A DNA stretch of 64,000 bases from Octopus sinensis (GCF_006345805.1 NC_043009.1:7254001-7318000); one strand, 5' to 3'. Positions 41,353-55,415 are shown, counted from the stretch's first letter. The notes: generated by a model not told the origin, from the letters alone. Translations and numbers: made by a program.

Positions 41353-41709
41353 ACTTTTTCTATTCCTGAGCGTTATATATTTCTTTATTACCCACAAGGG
41401 GCTAAACATAGATGGGACAAACAAGGACAGACAAAGGTATAAAGTCGACTACATCGACCCCAGTGCGTAACTGGTACTTAATTTATCGACCCCAAAAGAA
41501 TGTGTGAGTGCGTGTGAGTGTGTGCATGTGTACGTGTGTGTGAATGAGTGTACGTGCGTGTTTGTATGTGTATGAGTGTTACGTAAAATAGACATATTAT
41601 TTAGATGCACATAACTGCGTAAAACTCACCGGAACACACTCATGCATCCACACGTTTATACATACACACACATATTCTCAGATACATACACATTCATATA
41701 CACACACAA

Positions 41710-41740
<31 letters not shown>

Positions 41741-41866
41741 CACTTATATATGTTGTGTTTAGAAAGAGAGCGATATAAAGTGCTTGAGGCAAAAACGGTT
41801 TCAATTCTCTATTCTTTCTTCCTTCGTCCTTGAAAATTTTACAGCGTTTCTCATGCACACAAACTA

Positions 41867-41916
<50 letters not shown>

Positions 41917-41964
41917 AAGGCACGCATCTATGGAAGCTGTACACATACATATACCCTCATATTT

Positions 41965-42060
<96 letters not shown>

Positions 42061-43116
42061 GTATATATACATACACAACATAGATTGAGGCACATATGGC
42101 ACATATGGACACATAGAATACATACATACATCTATCCAAAAAAGGAAAACGGGACAGGTAGAGGGAGTGGTGTTGATAGACTCCTACGCTTCCGTGTTAT
42201 TTATTCCACCATTCTCCCTAATAATATCGGAAGTGTAGACAATAAATATTATTTCAAACCCTGCATAGTATTCTTCCTTCCTTTCCAATACCAGTAAGGC
42301 CCTCCATTGAAATACTTATGATTTTATTTACAATTACGATGTAATTAAAATAGAATTACTAGTAACTTGAGATACACGTATTAACGGAATATGATGGCGT
42401 TTATAGTTAATACGAACTATCATAGAGAGCCTCTATGTGTTTATTCGATATGCTGGAAGTAGTAACCAAATCTTCCTCCACTACACAGTCCAGTCTTAGA
42501 ATAAGGTACACTGAACAATGTGCTTCTGGTCTCTTTGCACATTGGGGATTGTCACGCGTGGATGTGAATATCTGTCATCATTGAGCTATTTGATGTACGT
42601 AGACGTCAGGTTAAACAATAGCAAGCGACACACGGATGGTGTTTCCAAGTGCTTGCTAATATATTTTCAAACTCCACAATATACGTGTATACATAAGTAT
42701 GTGTGTGTGTGCGTGAGTGTGTGTGCAACTTCTGTCTCTTATTTTTATTTGTTTTAGTCATTAGAGTACGGCGATGCTGGGGCATCACCGTGACGAATTG
42801 TAGTCGAACAAATCGACGCCAGTGGTGTTTTTTTTTTTACTCTGGTACTTCTAGTATAGGCTTCTGGTGCAGAAACTCTAAGCTATGAGGACGTAAGCAC
42901 ATCAACACCGGTGGGGGACAAGCATACACACATACATAGACATACATGTAGTAGGGATTCTTTCAGTTTGCGTCTAGCAAATTCACCCACAAAGATTCGT
43001 TGGCCCAAGGCTAAAGTAGAAGACACTCGCCCAAAGTTCCACGCAGTGGGACTGAAGCCATAACCATCTGGCCAGGAAGCAAGCTTCAAACCACACATCA
43101 ACACCTCTGCCTATGC

Positions 43117-43152
<36 letters not shown>

Positions 43153-43183
43153 AGTTCCATAATAGTGATTTTATCTCTAATTT

Positions 43184-43223
<40 letters not shown>

Positions 43224-43227
43224 TGTA

Positions 43228-43440
43228 GAGGCGCAATGGCCTAGTGGTTAGGGCAGCGGACTCGCGGTCGCAGGATCGCGGTTTCGATTCTCAGACTGGG
43301 CGTTGTGTGTGTTTATTGAGCGAAAACACCTAAAAGCTCTACGAGGCTCCGGCAGGGGGTGGTGATCCCTGCTGTACTCTTTCACCACAATGGCGGTGCC
43401 CCAGCATGGCCACAGCTCAAGAGCTGAAACTGGAAAAACA
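43228..43440 (+). mobile_element. chimeric SINE: family C 5' half joined to family B tail
   Basis: 43228-43390 matches 58967-59122 (A box tggcctagtgg, B box ggtttcgattc), then switches to ggcggtgccccagcatggccacagc...tgaaac. Confidence 0.7.
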
Positions 43441-43504
43441 AAAACAAAAAACAAAACAAATATATATATATATATATTATGTGTGTTGTGTGTGTATATA
43501 TATA

Positions 43505-43562
<58 letters not shown>

Positions 43563-43744
43563 GTGGTGGTGTGTGTAAATATACATTATATTTACATCTA
43601 TATGTTAATATACATATATATGTAATATATGTGTATATATATATATGTATATATTATCTATATGTATATATATATGTATATATATATATATATATATATA
43701 AAATCTATGTGTGTGTGTATGAATACATGTGTATATAAGTGCAC

Positions 43745-43960
43745 TCCTTCCAAGGCCATGTATGCCATAACGTCTGCAAATCTAACAGAGGCCTGAAAAG
43801 ACATTTTAAGATACTCAGAAATCAGAACTTAAATGCAGCTCTTGTGGGTGTCCTTTCAATACAATGTCTGGTTTAAAAAGCCACATCAGACGCCATGATG
43901 GACCTAAGGTGTAGGTACAGGAGGTGATCAAACTCTGCATCAGGAGTAGACAACAACCAT
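43745..43960 (+). pseudogene. 3' end of a LINE (probably RTE-clade) ORF with two C2H2-type fingers
   Basis: (G)HVCHNVCKSNRGLKRHFKI(L), frameshift, then KCSSCGCPFNTMSGLKSHIRRHDGPKV* (exact CxxC-x12-HxxxH), short 3' UTR; no TGEKP linkers. Confidence 0.5.
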
Positions 43961-44532
43961 ATGTACACATATGCGGTTGGAATTGGTTGGTGAAACACTT
44001 CGAAAATTGAATGAAAGTTATATGTATATATTTGTTTATTTATGCATAGTACATACCTTCATACATACACACGTCCATACACGCAAAAGAATATATGATA
44101 TATATGTGTGTGTGTGTATGTGTGTCTGTGTCTGTGTGCGTGTATGTGTGTGTGTATGTTTTTATATATGAATATACGTATATATGCACTTTAGCCATGT
44201 AACCGTATATGTGCTTGTTGGTGAGTCCTCTCTTTGCCGCCTTTTGTTTCTGACGAAGAGGTATGCACAAAACTACAGATACCCTCTCCTTTTTTTCCAC
44301 CATCACTGAGCTTCAGACTAATACATTTCATGTGCATGATTAGATAGATAGACAGACAGGTAGATTGACAGATAGGTAGATAGATAGATAGATAGATATA
44401 TTGATAGATAGATAGATAGATAGACAGACAGGTAGATAGACAGACAGACAGGTAGACAGACAGACAGACAGGTAGACACAGATAGATAGATAAATAGATA
44501 GACAATAAGATAGATAGATATATTGGTTGATT

Positions 44533-44619
<87 letters not shown>

Positions 44620-44814
44620 GAGAGAGAGAGAGAGTGAGAGAAAGATAAGTTTCTTTATTGGCCACACAAGGCTGCACACAGATGGGACAAGTTACAAGGT
44701 AGAGCTTTTCTTTTGGGGGCTGAAAAAAAAAGATAGATAGATAGACAGACAGACTGGTAGATATATATATAGAGAGAGAGAGAGAGATAGCGAGAGAGAG
44801 AGAGAGAGAAAGAG

Positions 44815-44885
<71 letters not shown>

Positions 44886-45194
44886 CAGGTGTGTGTCTGT
44901 AGAAAGCTGATCTTGGTGAAACTTTAGGACTCTAAGAACTGAAATGTAAAGGCACCTGTAGTTTTAACTGTGTCAACATCTCATCAGAGGATACGGTAAA
45001 GTCATTGCTTGACATGCTATAAGCATCAGTCACATCTCTCGCAAAAGCCACGTTAACGTCTTTGCATGGAAATATACATTCTTAAATGTAAATAAAAAAA
45101 GTTATTAGGAAAGTTATCCATAAATGCGCTGACTCACCTCTTTATCTAATCGAAACCAAACGTACATAGAAAAACATACACCTATACACATATA

Positions 45195-45620
45195 AATACA
45201 TATGTATTTCTTTACTACTCACAGGGGGCTACACATAGAGGGGACAAACAAGGACAAACAAATGGATTAAGTCAACTACATCGACCCCAGTGCGAAACTG
45301 GTACTAAATTTATCGACCCCGAAAGGATGAAAGGCAAAGCCGACCTCGGCGGAATTTGAACTCAGAACGTAACGACAGACGAAATACCTATTTCTTTATT
45401 ACCCACAAGGGGCTAAACACAGAGAGGACAAACAAGGACAGACATAGGTATTAAGTCGATTACATCGACCCCAGTGCGTAACTGGTACTTAATTTATCGA
45501 CCCCGAAAGGATGAAAGGCAAAGTCGACCTCGGCGGAATTTGAACTCAGAACGTAGCGGCAGACGAAATACCGCTAAGCATTTCGCCCGGCGCGCTAACG
45601 ATTCTGCCAGCTCGCTGCCT
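45195..45620 (-). mobile_element. SINE family A dimer, near consensus
   Basis: Head ggcagcgagctggcagaatcgttagcgcgccgggcg at 45620, two 184-bp units, junction at 45381-45394. Confidence 0.9.
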
Positions 45621-45650
45621 TCATATGTATCAATATATACAAGAGTGTAT

Positions 45651-45720
<70 letters not shown>

Positions 45721-45830
45721 TTGTGAAAAGATGCTTGTTATTAGGAAATGTATGGACGTACGTGGATAAAAAAACTTTACAACTTTTTATTGCTTTGTCC
45801 CGTTTCATTTATGCAAGAATCTTAAAGATT

Positions 45831-45972
45831 GTAGTAGTAGTAGTAGTAGTAATAGTAGTAGTAGTAGTAGTAGTGGCGGCGGTGGTGGCAGCAGTTGTTG
45901 TTTTAGTGGTGGTGGTGGTGGTGGTGAAGGTATTAGTGGTAGTAGTGGTAGTAGCAGCAGCAGCAGTAGAAA

Positions 45973-46003
<31 letters not shown>

Positions 46004-46034
46004 GGTGGTGGTGGTGGTGGTGGTGGTGGTGGTG

Positions 46035-46074
<40 letters not shown>

Positions 46075-46090
46075 GGTGGTGGTGGTGGTG

Positions 46091-46148
<58 letters not shown>

Positions 46149-46150
46149 CA
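45831..46150. repeat. compound (TAG)n/(TGG)n microsatellite
   Basis: Directly visible. Confidence 0.95.
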
Positions 46151-46450
46151 GTATATGTTACTGTCATTCTAAGATGACCATGTCCACAATCTAGAGGACA
46201 TTATTATCCTGATATTTTTTTTTCTTCTTATTTTATTATTTTCCTCAGCAGTACTCATTAATTCTCAACGATTCCACTAACAGCCCTGCTCTGCACATAT
46301 TACAGCCTCTTAGACATCCACATCTGCGCCTCAATTCAAATACATTTTAATCTCTGGAAAATATGCTTCAAATATTTCCTTTTCTCTTTTGCCACTAAGA
46401 ATCCATGCAAGCCATCTATTTGAACGTAATTCTTGGACAAATATTGCTCT

Positions 46451-46512
<62 letters not shown>

Positions 46513-47007
46513 CCTCTCTCTCTCTCTCTCTTTTGGCTTTTTGTTGCAGTCGTTCCTCATTTGTACTTCCGTAGTTCTGTGAATTAGGGAAACTTTCAAT
46601 TATTTCTTAAAATAACTTTTGAAATGTGCAAAGGATGAATTAAGAATATGTCTCCTACACGAATTGTATTAAAAAGTGGTTGTTTGTTTTTGCGATTCTT
46701 CAAAGCTAAAGATTTGATGTCAATAAACAAATGTTCTTATATGCAGGCGCGCGCACACACACACACATACATACACACCCATACATATACACACACACGT
46801 ACGCATACATATGCACACAAATATATGAGTAGATGTGTAAGATAATCTACCCACACATACATAAATATATATATATATATGGCCTGCTCGCTCAGCCAGC
46901 GGGATGGCGTCATTTGAAGGCTAAAACAATGCGAACGCATTGTGGACAGCGATATGTGACTACATCTGATGGACTGGTCGGTCACGTGATCACGTGATAT
47001 ATATATA

Positions 47008-47050
<43 letters not shown>

Positions 47051-47138
47051 ACATACACAGCACCCGTATATATATGTATATACATACATGCATATATATA
47101 TATATAATATGTGTGTGGTGTGTGTGTATACACATATA

Positions 47139-47177
<39 letters not shown>

Positions 47178-48115
47178 CACATATATTTCTGTATGTATGC
47201 ATATCTTTATGCATATAGATATAGATATGTATATACGTATGTATGTACGTAGTTATGTGAGTATGTATATCGATTGAGACAATGATTAGAATCGAGAAAT
47301 GCTTGTTTTGTGTTAACTGTTCCTCTCTCTTCATTGCATTCCGAGTTCAAATCCTGTTCAAGTCATCTGTATTACCGCTCTAGGTAACAAGATGCAGTTT
47401 ACATAAACGATATATTTAAACTTGTAGAGAGAGCAAACATATTTTATAATAGCTATGGATTGGCCAGTATCTTTAGAGTCCCAGAAAAATGCCAGCCGTT
47501 ATCTGATGCCAGCTTTTTAGATTCTGGACTCAAATCTCAGAGAGATCAAATTCGACTTCTAACCTCTCGGAATCAATAAACTATGTACCATTCAAGATCT
47601 GAGTTTAATTTGATCGACTGAGGTCAATTTGATCCCTTAATCCAACCCCAAGTTGCTGGCCTTGTGCCTATATAAGAGACTATTATTATAAAAGATGAGA
47701 ATAAATTTAAAGTCATGTGTGGCCGCATTCATATTGATTCAATTAAGTTTTATCTATAATTCCAAGAGAGGGTCAAGTTTTCATTTAAGACCTCTGGAGA
47801 CGAAGAAAACAAAACTAATACATCTGGTTTGAATTTGATGGATTTCATATTTCTCTATCCATCTCTGTCCTTGGGTCTGTTGTAAACACTTCCTTTGATG
47901 TATTGACTGAATAATTAGAGGGATGCACACAATATGCCTTGTGGTATTTAGTTACGTCCTTTTACGGTTTGGATTCACCTTTACATTTGAGCCCTTTGGG
48001 GGATGCTATATTAAGCCCCAGTTAATTACCGGAGTTGATTTAATTGACACTTATCTGAATTGAATATATAACCAGTTCACATTGCTAGCAATTAATATTC
48101 TTAGGTAGTTGCATT

Positions 48116-51100
48116 AGGTGACGTGCTGGCAGAATCATTAGAACGCCGGGCGAAATGCCTAGCGGTAATTCATCTGCCGCTACGTTCTGAGTTCAAATTC
48201 CGACGAGGTCAACTTTGCCTTTCATCCTTTCGTGGTCGATAAATATAGTACCAGTTACGCATTGAGGTCAATGTAATCGACTTAATACCTATGTCTGTCC
48301 TTGTTTGTCCCCTCTACGCTTAGCCCCTTGTGGGTAATAAAGAAATAGGTAATTCATCTGCCGCTACGTCTTAGTTCAAATTCCGACGAGGTCAACTTTG
48401 CCTTTCATCCTTTCGTGGTCGATAAATATAGTACCAGTTACGCATTGAGGTCAATGTAATCGACTTAATACCTATGTCTGTCCTTGTTTGTCCCCTCTAC
48501 GCTTAGCCCCTTGTGGGTAATAAAGAAATAGGTAATTCATCTGCCGCTACGTTCTTAGTTCAAATTCCGACGAGGTCAACTTTGCCTTTCATCCTTTCGT
48601 GGTCGATAAATATAGTACCAGTTACGCATTGAGGTCAATGTAATCGACTTAATACCTATGTCTGTCCTTGTTTGTCCCCTCTACGCTTAGCCCCTTGTGG
48701 GTAATAAAGAAATAGGTAATTCATCTGCCGCTACGTTCTTAGTTCAAATTCCGACGAGGTCAACTTTGCCTTTCATCCTTTCGTGGTCGATAAATATAGT
48801 ACCAGTTACGCATTGAGGTCAATGTAATCGACTTAATACCTATGTCTGTCCTTGTTTGTCCCCTCTACGCTTAGCCCCTTGTGGGTAATAAAGAAATAGG
48901 TAATCATCTGCCGCTACGTTCTTAGTTCAAATTCCGACGAGGTCAACTTTGCCTTTCATCCTTTCGTGGTCGATAAATATAGTACCAGTTACGCATTGAG
49001 GTCAATGGTAATCGACTTAATACCTAGTCTGTCCTTGTTTGTCCCCTCTACGCTTAGCCCCTTGTGGGTAATAAAGAAATAGGTAATTCATCTGCCGCTA
49101 CGTTCTGAGTTCAAATTCCGACGACTGTAACTTTGCCTTTCATCTTTCGTGGTCGATAAATATAGTACCAGTTACGCATTGAGGTCAATGTAATCGACTT
49201 AATACCTATGTCTGTCCTTGTTTGTCCCCTTACGCTTAGCCCCTTGTGGGTAATAAAGAAATAGGTAATTCATCTGCCGCTACGTTCTGAGTTCAAATTC
49301 CGACAAGGTCAACTTTGCCTTTCATCCTTTCGTGGTCGATAAATATAGTACCAGTTACGCATTGAGGTCAATGTAATCGACTTAATACCTATGTCTGTCC
49401 TTGTTTGTCCCCTCTACGCTTAGCCCCTTGTGGGTAATAAAGAAAATGGTAATTCATCTGCCGCTACGTTCTTAGTTCAAATCCGACGAGGCAACTTGCC
49501 TTTCATCCTTTCGTGGTCGATAAATATAGTACCAGTTACGCATTGAGGTCAATGTAATCGACTTAATACCTATGTCTGTCCTTGTTTGTCTCCTCTACGC
49601 TTAGCCCCTTGGGGGTAATAAAGAAATAGGTAATTATCTGCCGCTACGTTCTGAGTTCAAATTCCGACAAGGTCAACTTTGCCTTCATCCTTCGTGGTCG
49701 ATAAATATAGTACCAGTTACGCATTGAGGTCAATGTAATCGACTTAATACCTATGTCTGTCCTTGTTTGTCCCCTCTACGCTTAGCCCCTTGTGGGTAAT
49801 AAAGAAATAGGTAATTCATCTGCCGCTACGTTCTTAGTTCAAATTCCGACGAGGTCAACTTTGCTTTCATCTTTCGTGGTCGATAAATATAGTACCAGTT
49901 ACGCATTGAGGTCAATGTAATCGACTTAATACCTATGTCTGTCCTTGTTTGTCTCCTCTACGCTTAGCCCCGTGTGGGTAATAAAGAAATAGGTAATTCA
50001 TCTGCCGCTACGTTCTGAGTTCAAATTCCGACAAGGTCAACTTTGCCTTTCATCCTTTCGTGGTCGATAAATATAGTACCAGTTACGCATTGAGGTCATG
50101 TAACGACTTAATACCTATGTCTGTCCTTGTTGTCCCATCTACGCTTAGCCCCTTGTGGGTAATAAAGAAATAGGTAATTCATCTGCCGCTACGTTCTTAG
50201 TTCAAATTCCGACGAGGTCAACTTTGCCTTTAATCCTTTCGTGGTCGATAAATATAGTACCAGTTACGCATTTATTGAGGTCAATGTAATCGACTTAATA
50301 CCTATGTCTGTCCTTGTTTGTCCCCTCTACGCTTAGCCCCTTGTGGGTAATAAAGAAATAGGTAATTCATCTGCCGCTACGTTCTTAGTTCAAATTCCGA
50401 CGAGGTCAACTTTGCCTTTCATCCTTTCGTGGTCGATAAATATAGTACCAGTTACGCATTGAGGTCAATGTAATCGACTTAATACCTATGTCTGTCCTTG
50501 TTTGTCCCCTCTACGCTTAGCCCCTTGTGGGTAATAAAGAAATAGGTAATTCATCTGCCGCTACGTTCTTAGTTCAAATTCCGACGAGGTCAACTTTGCC
50601 TTTCATCCTTTCGTGGTCGATAAATATAGTACCAGTTACGCATTGAGGTCAATGTAATCGACTTAATACCTATGTCTGTCCTTGTTTGTCCCCCCTCTAC
50701 CGCTTAGCCCCTTGTGGGTAATAAAGAAATAGGTAATTCATCTGCCGCTACGTTCTTAGTTCAAATTCCGACGAGGTCAACTTTTTCTTTCATCCTTTCG
50801 TGGTCGATAAATATAGTACCAGTTACGCATTGAGGTCAATGTAATCGACTTAATACCTATGTCTGTCCTTGTTTGTCCCCTCTACGCTTCCCCTTGTGGG
50901 TAATAAAGAAATAGGTAATTCATCTGCCGCTACGTTCTTAGTTCAAATTCCGACGAGGTCAACTTTGCCTTTCATCCTTTCAGGGTCGATTAAATAAGTA
51001 CCAGTTACACACTGGGGTCGACATAATCGGCCTAATCCGTTTGTCTGTCCTAGTTTGTCCCCTCTGTGTGTAGCCCCTTGTGGGCAATAAAGAAATATAA

Positions 51101-51295
51101 ATAGGTATTCCGTTTGCTGCTACGTTCTGAGTTCAAATTCCGCCGAAGTAGACTTTGATTTTCATCCTTTCGGGGTCGATTAAATAAGTACCAGATACGC
51201 ATTGGGTCGACATAATCGGCCTAATCCGCTTGCCTGTCCTTGTTTATCCTCTCTGTGTGTAGCCCCTTGCCTTGTGGACAGTAAAGAAATAAGAA
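48116..51295 (+). repeat. SINE family A-derived tandem array, 17 units of ~184 bp
   Basis: One tRNA-like head (48116-48163), 16 unit starts with the private variant ggtaattcatc from 48164 to 50914 (mean spacing 183.3 bp), then about 1.5 divergent units. Confidence 0.97.
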
Positions 51296-51905
51296 ATATT
51301 AGCACGCCGCCTAAAAATATTTAGCAGCATTTCGTCCGTCTTTTCGTTTTGAGTTGAAATTCCACCGAGGTCGACTTTACCTTTCATCCCTTTCGGGTTC
51401 GATAAAATAAGTAGTATTTGAGCACCGGGGTCGATGTTGTTGGCTCATCCCCTACCACGAAATTGCTGGCCTTGTGCCAAAATTTAAAACCAATATTATC
51501 AGATTTTTCTTTTAGGCGGCGAACTGGCTGAATTGTTATCACGCCAGGCAGAATGATTAATCGCATGACGTCCGTCCTTACGTTCTGAGTTCAAATTCGA
51601 TACTTTGGGGGGTCGATAAAATATGTACCAGTTGAGCACATAGGGATCGATGCATTGGACTTGCTCCGCCCCTAAAATTGCTGGGTTCGTGCCAAAATCT
51701 GAAACCAGTATTTTTATAAGGCGGTGAAAATGTGGAATCGTTAGCACAGAAGAAAAAAAATGCTTAATAGTATTTCCTCTTCCTTCACTTTGAGTTCAGT
51801 TCTGCTGATTTCGACTGTACCGCTCAGTTTTTCGGCGCCTAATAAGTATCACTTGAGCACACTACGTTTCATGTAGTCGATTATCCCCTACGGAAAAGAA
51901 AAAGT

Positions 51906-52332
51906 TCGGATCTTTTCGGTTTGAACGGCAGTTTTTTTAAATAATTTCCACGTAATTAAACACTTTTAAACTTCGTATATTGGTAGAATGTGTTTATAAA
52001 ACATCTTTTTCTCTTGGCTTTATTGAGAAAATTCTATAGTTTGTAAGTTGTTGTTTTCTTTTCTTCCATTTCTACAATTTCAACCAGTCACTGACGTCTA
52101 TTGATGTAAAAAAAAAAACATTCTGTGGCGTATGAATATGTCCCTCGTTTAAGAAACAGATTGTGTTTATTTACATTTGTGAAGAAAAAAAGATACCCTT
52201 CCTCCCACCCCTCACCCTAACCCTCAAACAGATTGAAATGCAATAGATCGATACTAGGGTCATACTTATGGGTGACAATTTCATATGACACCGCTAGCAA
52301 AAACCGCCGTTCAAACCGAAAAGATCCAATAT
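51906..52332. mobile_element. non-autonomous TIR element containing (CCCTAA)n, copy 2
   Basis: TIR ggatcttttcggtttgaacggc / gccgttcaaaccgaaaagatcc; colinear with 39421-39869. Confidence 0.85.
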
Positions 52333-53289
52333 TTCAAACCTTGTGGCAGCTGTAAAAAGAAGAGATATAACATATTTTACTGCGAACCTAGTACAACAAA
52401 GATAGTAATACGGTTTCCAGCACCAGTTGAAGCCTGTTCATTTGATGTGCAACCGGAAAGCCTTTGAAAATTAGACGAATTGCAAATATTTCCATTTTCT
52501 TTATATCAAAAACATAACGCTGTATTTCTTGCATATTTTAAGTAGCAATACAAAATTCAAAACGTTTTCTTTTCAATCAGAATACAAAAGAGACCAGGAA
52601 ACAGAAAATTCTTTATATGACGATGACATATATGTTGTTGAATTAAAACCATTGTATTAAGTGCATTAATTAATTAAATTAGATGCATATAGTTCCTAGA
52701 GCAATTTTTCTGCAATTCTCATTATGATATAAATTCTGAATTATACAGATGCCGCACTGTTTAGTTGATTAATTAACGATTTAAGTCTCGGTTAATTTTA
52801 GCTTCCACATTCCAACTGCGATGGTCAATTTAAACATGATTCATTGGATATAGCAAAAAGGTCACTGAATATTTTCATTGTGTTAATGTATGTCACCTTG
52901 AGTAATGGCAAATGGAATTTGAAACTTCGGAAGATTTAACGCCGCCATCAGAGCTATGATTAGAAACACCTCAGGAAGAATCTCGTTTAAAAATACGCTT
53001 CTGTATTTAATATTAGCACCGTGTGCGAAAGCAGAATCGAAGGATCTGCTTGCAATGCTGGTTTCGAATTTTGGCACAAGGTCAGCCAATTCGGGCAGGA
53101 GCTAACTCGACTACATCGATTTCAGTACTCAACTGGTACCTATTTATTCGACCGCGAAACAATTAAAAGCAAAGATGACCCCGGCGGGTTTTCTGCTCAG
53201 AAATTATAGACGAACGAAAGGCCATTAAGTATTTTGCCCGGCGTGAAAAAGTTAAGTGAACCTCGGTGAAATTTGAAATTAGAGGGTCG

Positions 53290-53892
53290 GAACAATTACC
53301 TATTTCTTTACTACCCTCAAGGGGCGAAACACAGAGAGGACAACAAGGACAGACAAACGGATTAAGTCGATTACATCGACCCCAGTGCGTAACTGGTACT
53401 TAATTTATCGACCCGGAAAGGATGAAGGGCAAAGTCGACGTCGGCGGAATTTGAACTCAGAACGTAACGCCAGACGAAATATCCATTTCTTTACTACCCG
53501 CAAGGGGCTAAACACAGAGAGAACAAACAAGGACAGACAAATGGATTAAGTCGATTATATCGATCCCAGTGCGTAACTGGTACTTAATTTATCGACCCCG
53601 AAAGGATGAAAAGCAAAGTCTACCTCGGCGGAATTTGAACTCAGAACGTAACGCCAGACGAAATACCCATTTCTTTACTACCCACAAGGGGCTAAACACA
53701 GAGAGGACAACAAGGACAGACAAACGGATTAAGTCCATTAGATCGACCCCAGTTCGTAACTGGTACTTAATTTATCGACCCCGAAAGGATGAAGGGCAAA
53801 GTCGACCTCGGTGGAATTTGAACTCAGAATGTAACGGCAGACGAAATACGGCTACGCATTTCGCCCGGCGCGCTAACGTGTCTGCCAGCTCG
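53290..53892 (-). mobile_element. SINE family A trimer
   Basis: Head at ~53890, three ~184-bp units with junctions near 53665, 53482 and 53298. Confidence 0.9.
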
Positions 53893-54749
53893 TCGGAAGA
53901 ATTACCGTGAAGCAGTTTACTCGACTCGCTGACGGATCTGCAAATAACAGCCGCTGATCTGCTAGGAATATTAGCCATATCTAAGGCGGCAAGATGGCAG
54001 AATGGTGAGTACGCTGGAAGAACAGCTTTGCGGCATTTCCTGTGTCTGCACGTTCTGGTTTCAAATTCTGTGGAGATCGACTTTGCTATTCATCGTTTAG
54101 GGGGTCGATAAATTAAGTACCAGCTGGACACTGGTGTCGGTGTAATAGACAAGCACCCTCCTCCAAAATTATTGGCCTTGTGCCAAAATTTGAAACCAAT
54201 ACTAGCCACATTTGGCTTCCCTCAAATAACATAGTATTCTATTTAAACAGGAATGATACGTTATATAATGTGATCCTTGATATACTACATCGAAAAGCAA
54301 GACGGCTTGCTCCAGGTTGGAAAGATTTTGATGATGGGTCCGCTTAAGTAGCAATGAAACGAAAACAACATTTATAGTTCTTTCTGATTTCGGTATTGGA
54401 CCGTAAAAATGCGCGGTGGGGACGTTAGTCGGTTACATCGACCCTTTTACTTGACTAACACATTAATTTGTCTTTACTGTGCACGCGTGTCTGTGTGGTA
54501 ATAAACATGTTTTCCAACTACGTGGTTCCAGGTTCAATCCCACTGCGCGCAACCAAATATCATCTCCTATAGTCTCAAGTGAATTAAGTAGACGGAAACA
54601 GAAAGATACCCGTCATATGTGTGTGTGTGTATATATATATTGCTGTTGTGTAATGGTTTAATAAAGTATTGAGTGGGTATTATCTGATGGTTGATGATTG
54701 ATTTAGGTATGTTTCTCCATTTTCTCATTTTGTATATATATATATATAT

Positions 54750-54798
<49 letters not shown>

Positions 54799-55279
54799 AT
54801 ACATATATATATCTGTATATATACGTGTGGATGTGTGTATATGTGTATTTTGATTTGTATATGCGTATTTGTGTCTCAATTTGTACCTCGCCACCACATG
54901 AAAATCAGTGGTTGTGTGTTCACGACCCCATAACTTGGGGCTTCGGCAAAAACTCGATACAATAAGTACCAAGCATAAAAATACGTCCTGTGTGTGTAGT
55001 TGAATTTACAGAAAAACAAAAGACGAAGACAGGTGCGTGAACAACAACCTGGTGTATTAATTTGATGCCGGGGAAAATGAAAATGTCTTTTACGTCTCGA
55101 CCCTACACTCGTCAACAGAAAGGAATAAAGGAAAATAAAAAAGAGATTTTTTTAAATGCTTGTGGATTTAGCAGTGAAGCATGGTGACAATTGGTAATCT
55201 AAATCTGTGATCATTGATTGATAACAGGTCGACTCGTCCATGAGGAGCAACAGAGCGTAGAAAATATCCTTATATATAT

Positions 55280-55415
55280 AATATTCTCCCAAAGAGCCTA
55301 AGGGACCTACACAAAGTGCATGTAGGTGTTTTCAAATCAAAACTGGATCTCTGTCGACTGTCTCAGAGGAACCTACCGCGCAGCAGGAGGCAAATGAAGG
55401 CAGCCACATATCAGA
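55280..55415 (+). pseudogene. C-terminal relic of a CR1/L2-group LINE reverse-transcriptase ORF
   Basis: NILPKSLRDLHKVHVGVFKSKLDL, frameshift, LSTVSEEPTAQQEA; resembles the LP...FK.KLD..L..VPDEP C-terminal motif. Confidence 0.5.

Noticed and set aside
43228-43300. Functional tRNA gene (also 58967-59030 and 40420-40450)
   Set aside because: No acceptor stem or oligo-T terminator; continues into SINE body
46358-46450. Protein-like minus-strand frame AIFVQELRSNRWLAWILSGKREKEIFEAYFPEIK
   Set aside because: No usable splice acceptor or donor and no recognised family
48164-48347. Self-cleaving ribozyme in the SINE A unit
   Set aside because: No CUGANGA/GAAA core on either strand and no convincing HDV or twister fold by eye; a covariance search would be needed to exclude it fully
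48164-50980. Tandem array as a CRISPR locus
   Set aside because: Units are contiguous 184-bp copies with no unique spacers and no cas genes; the sequence is eukaryotic SINE
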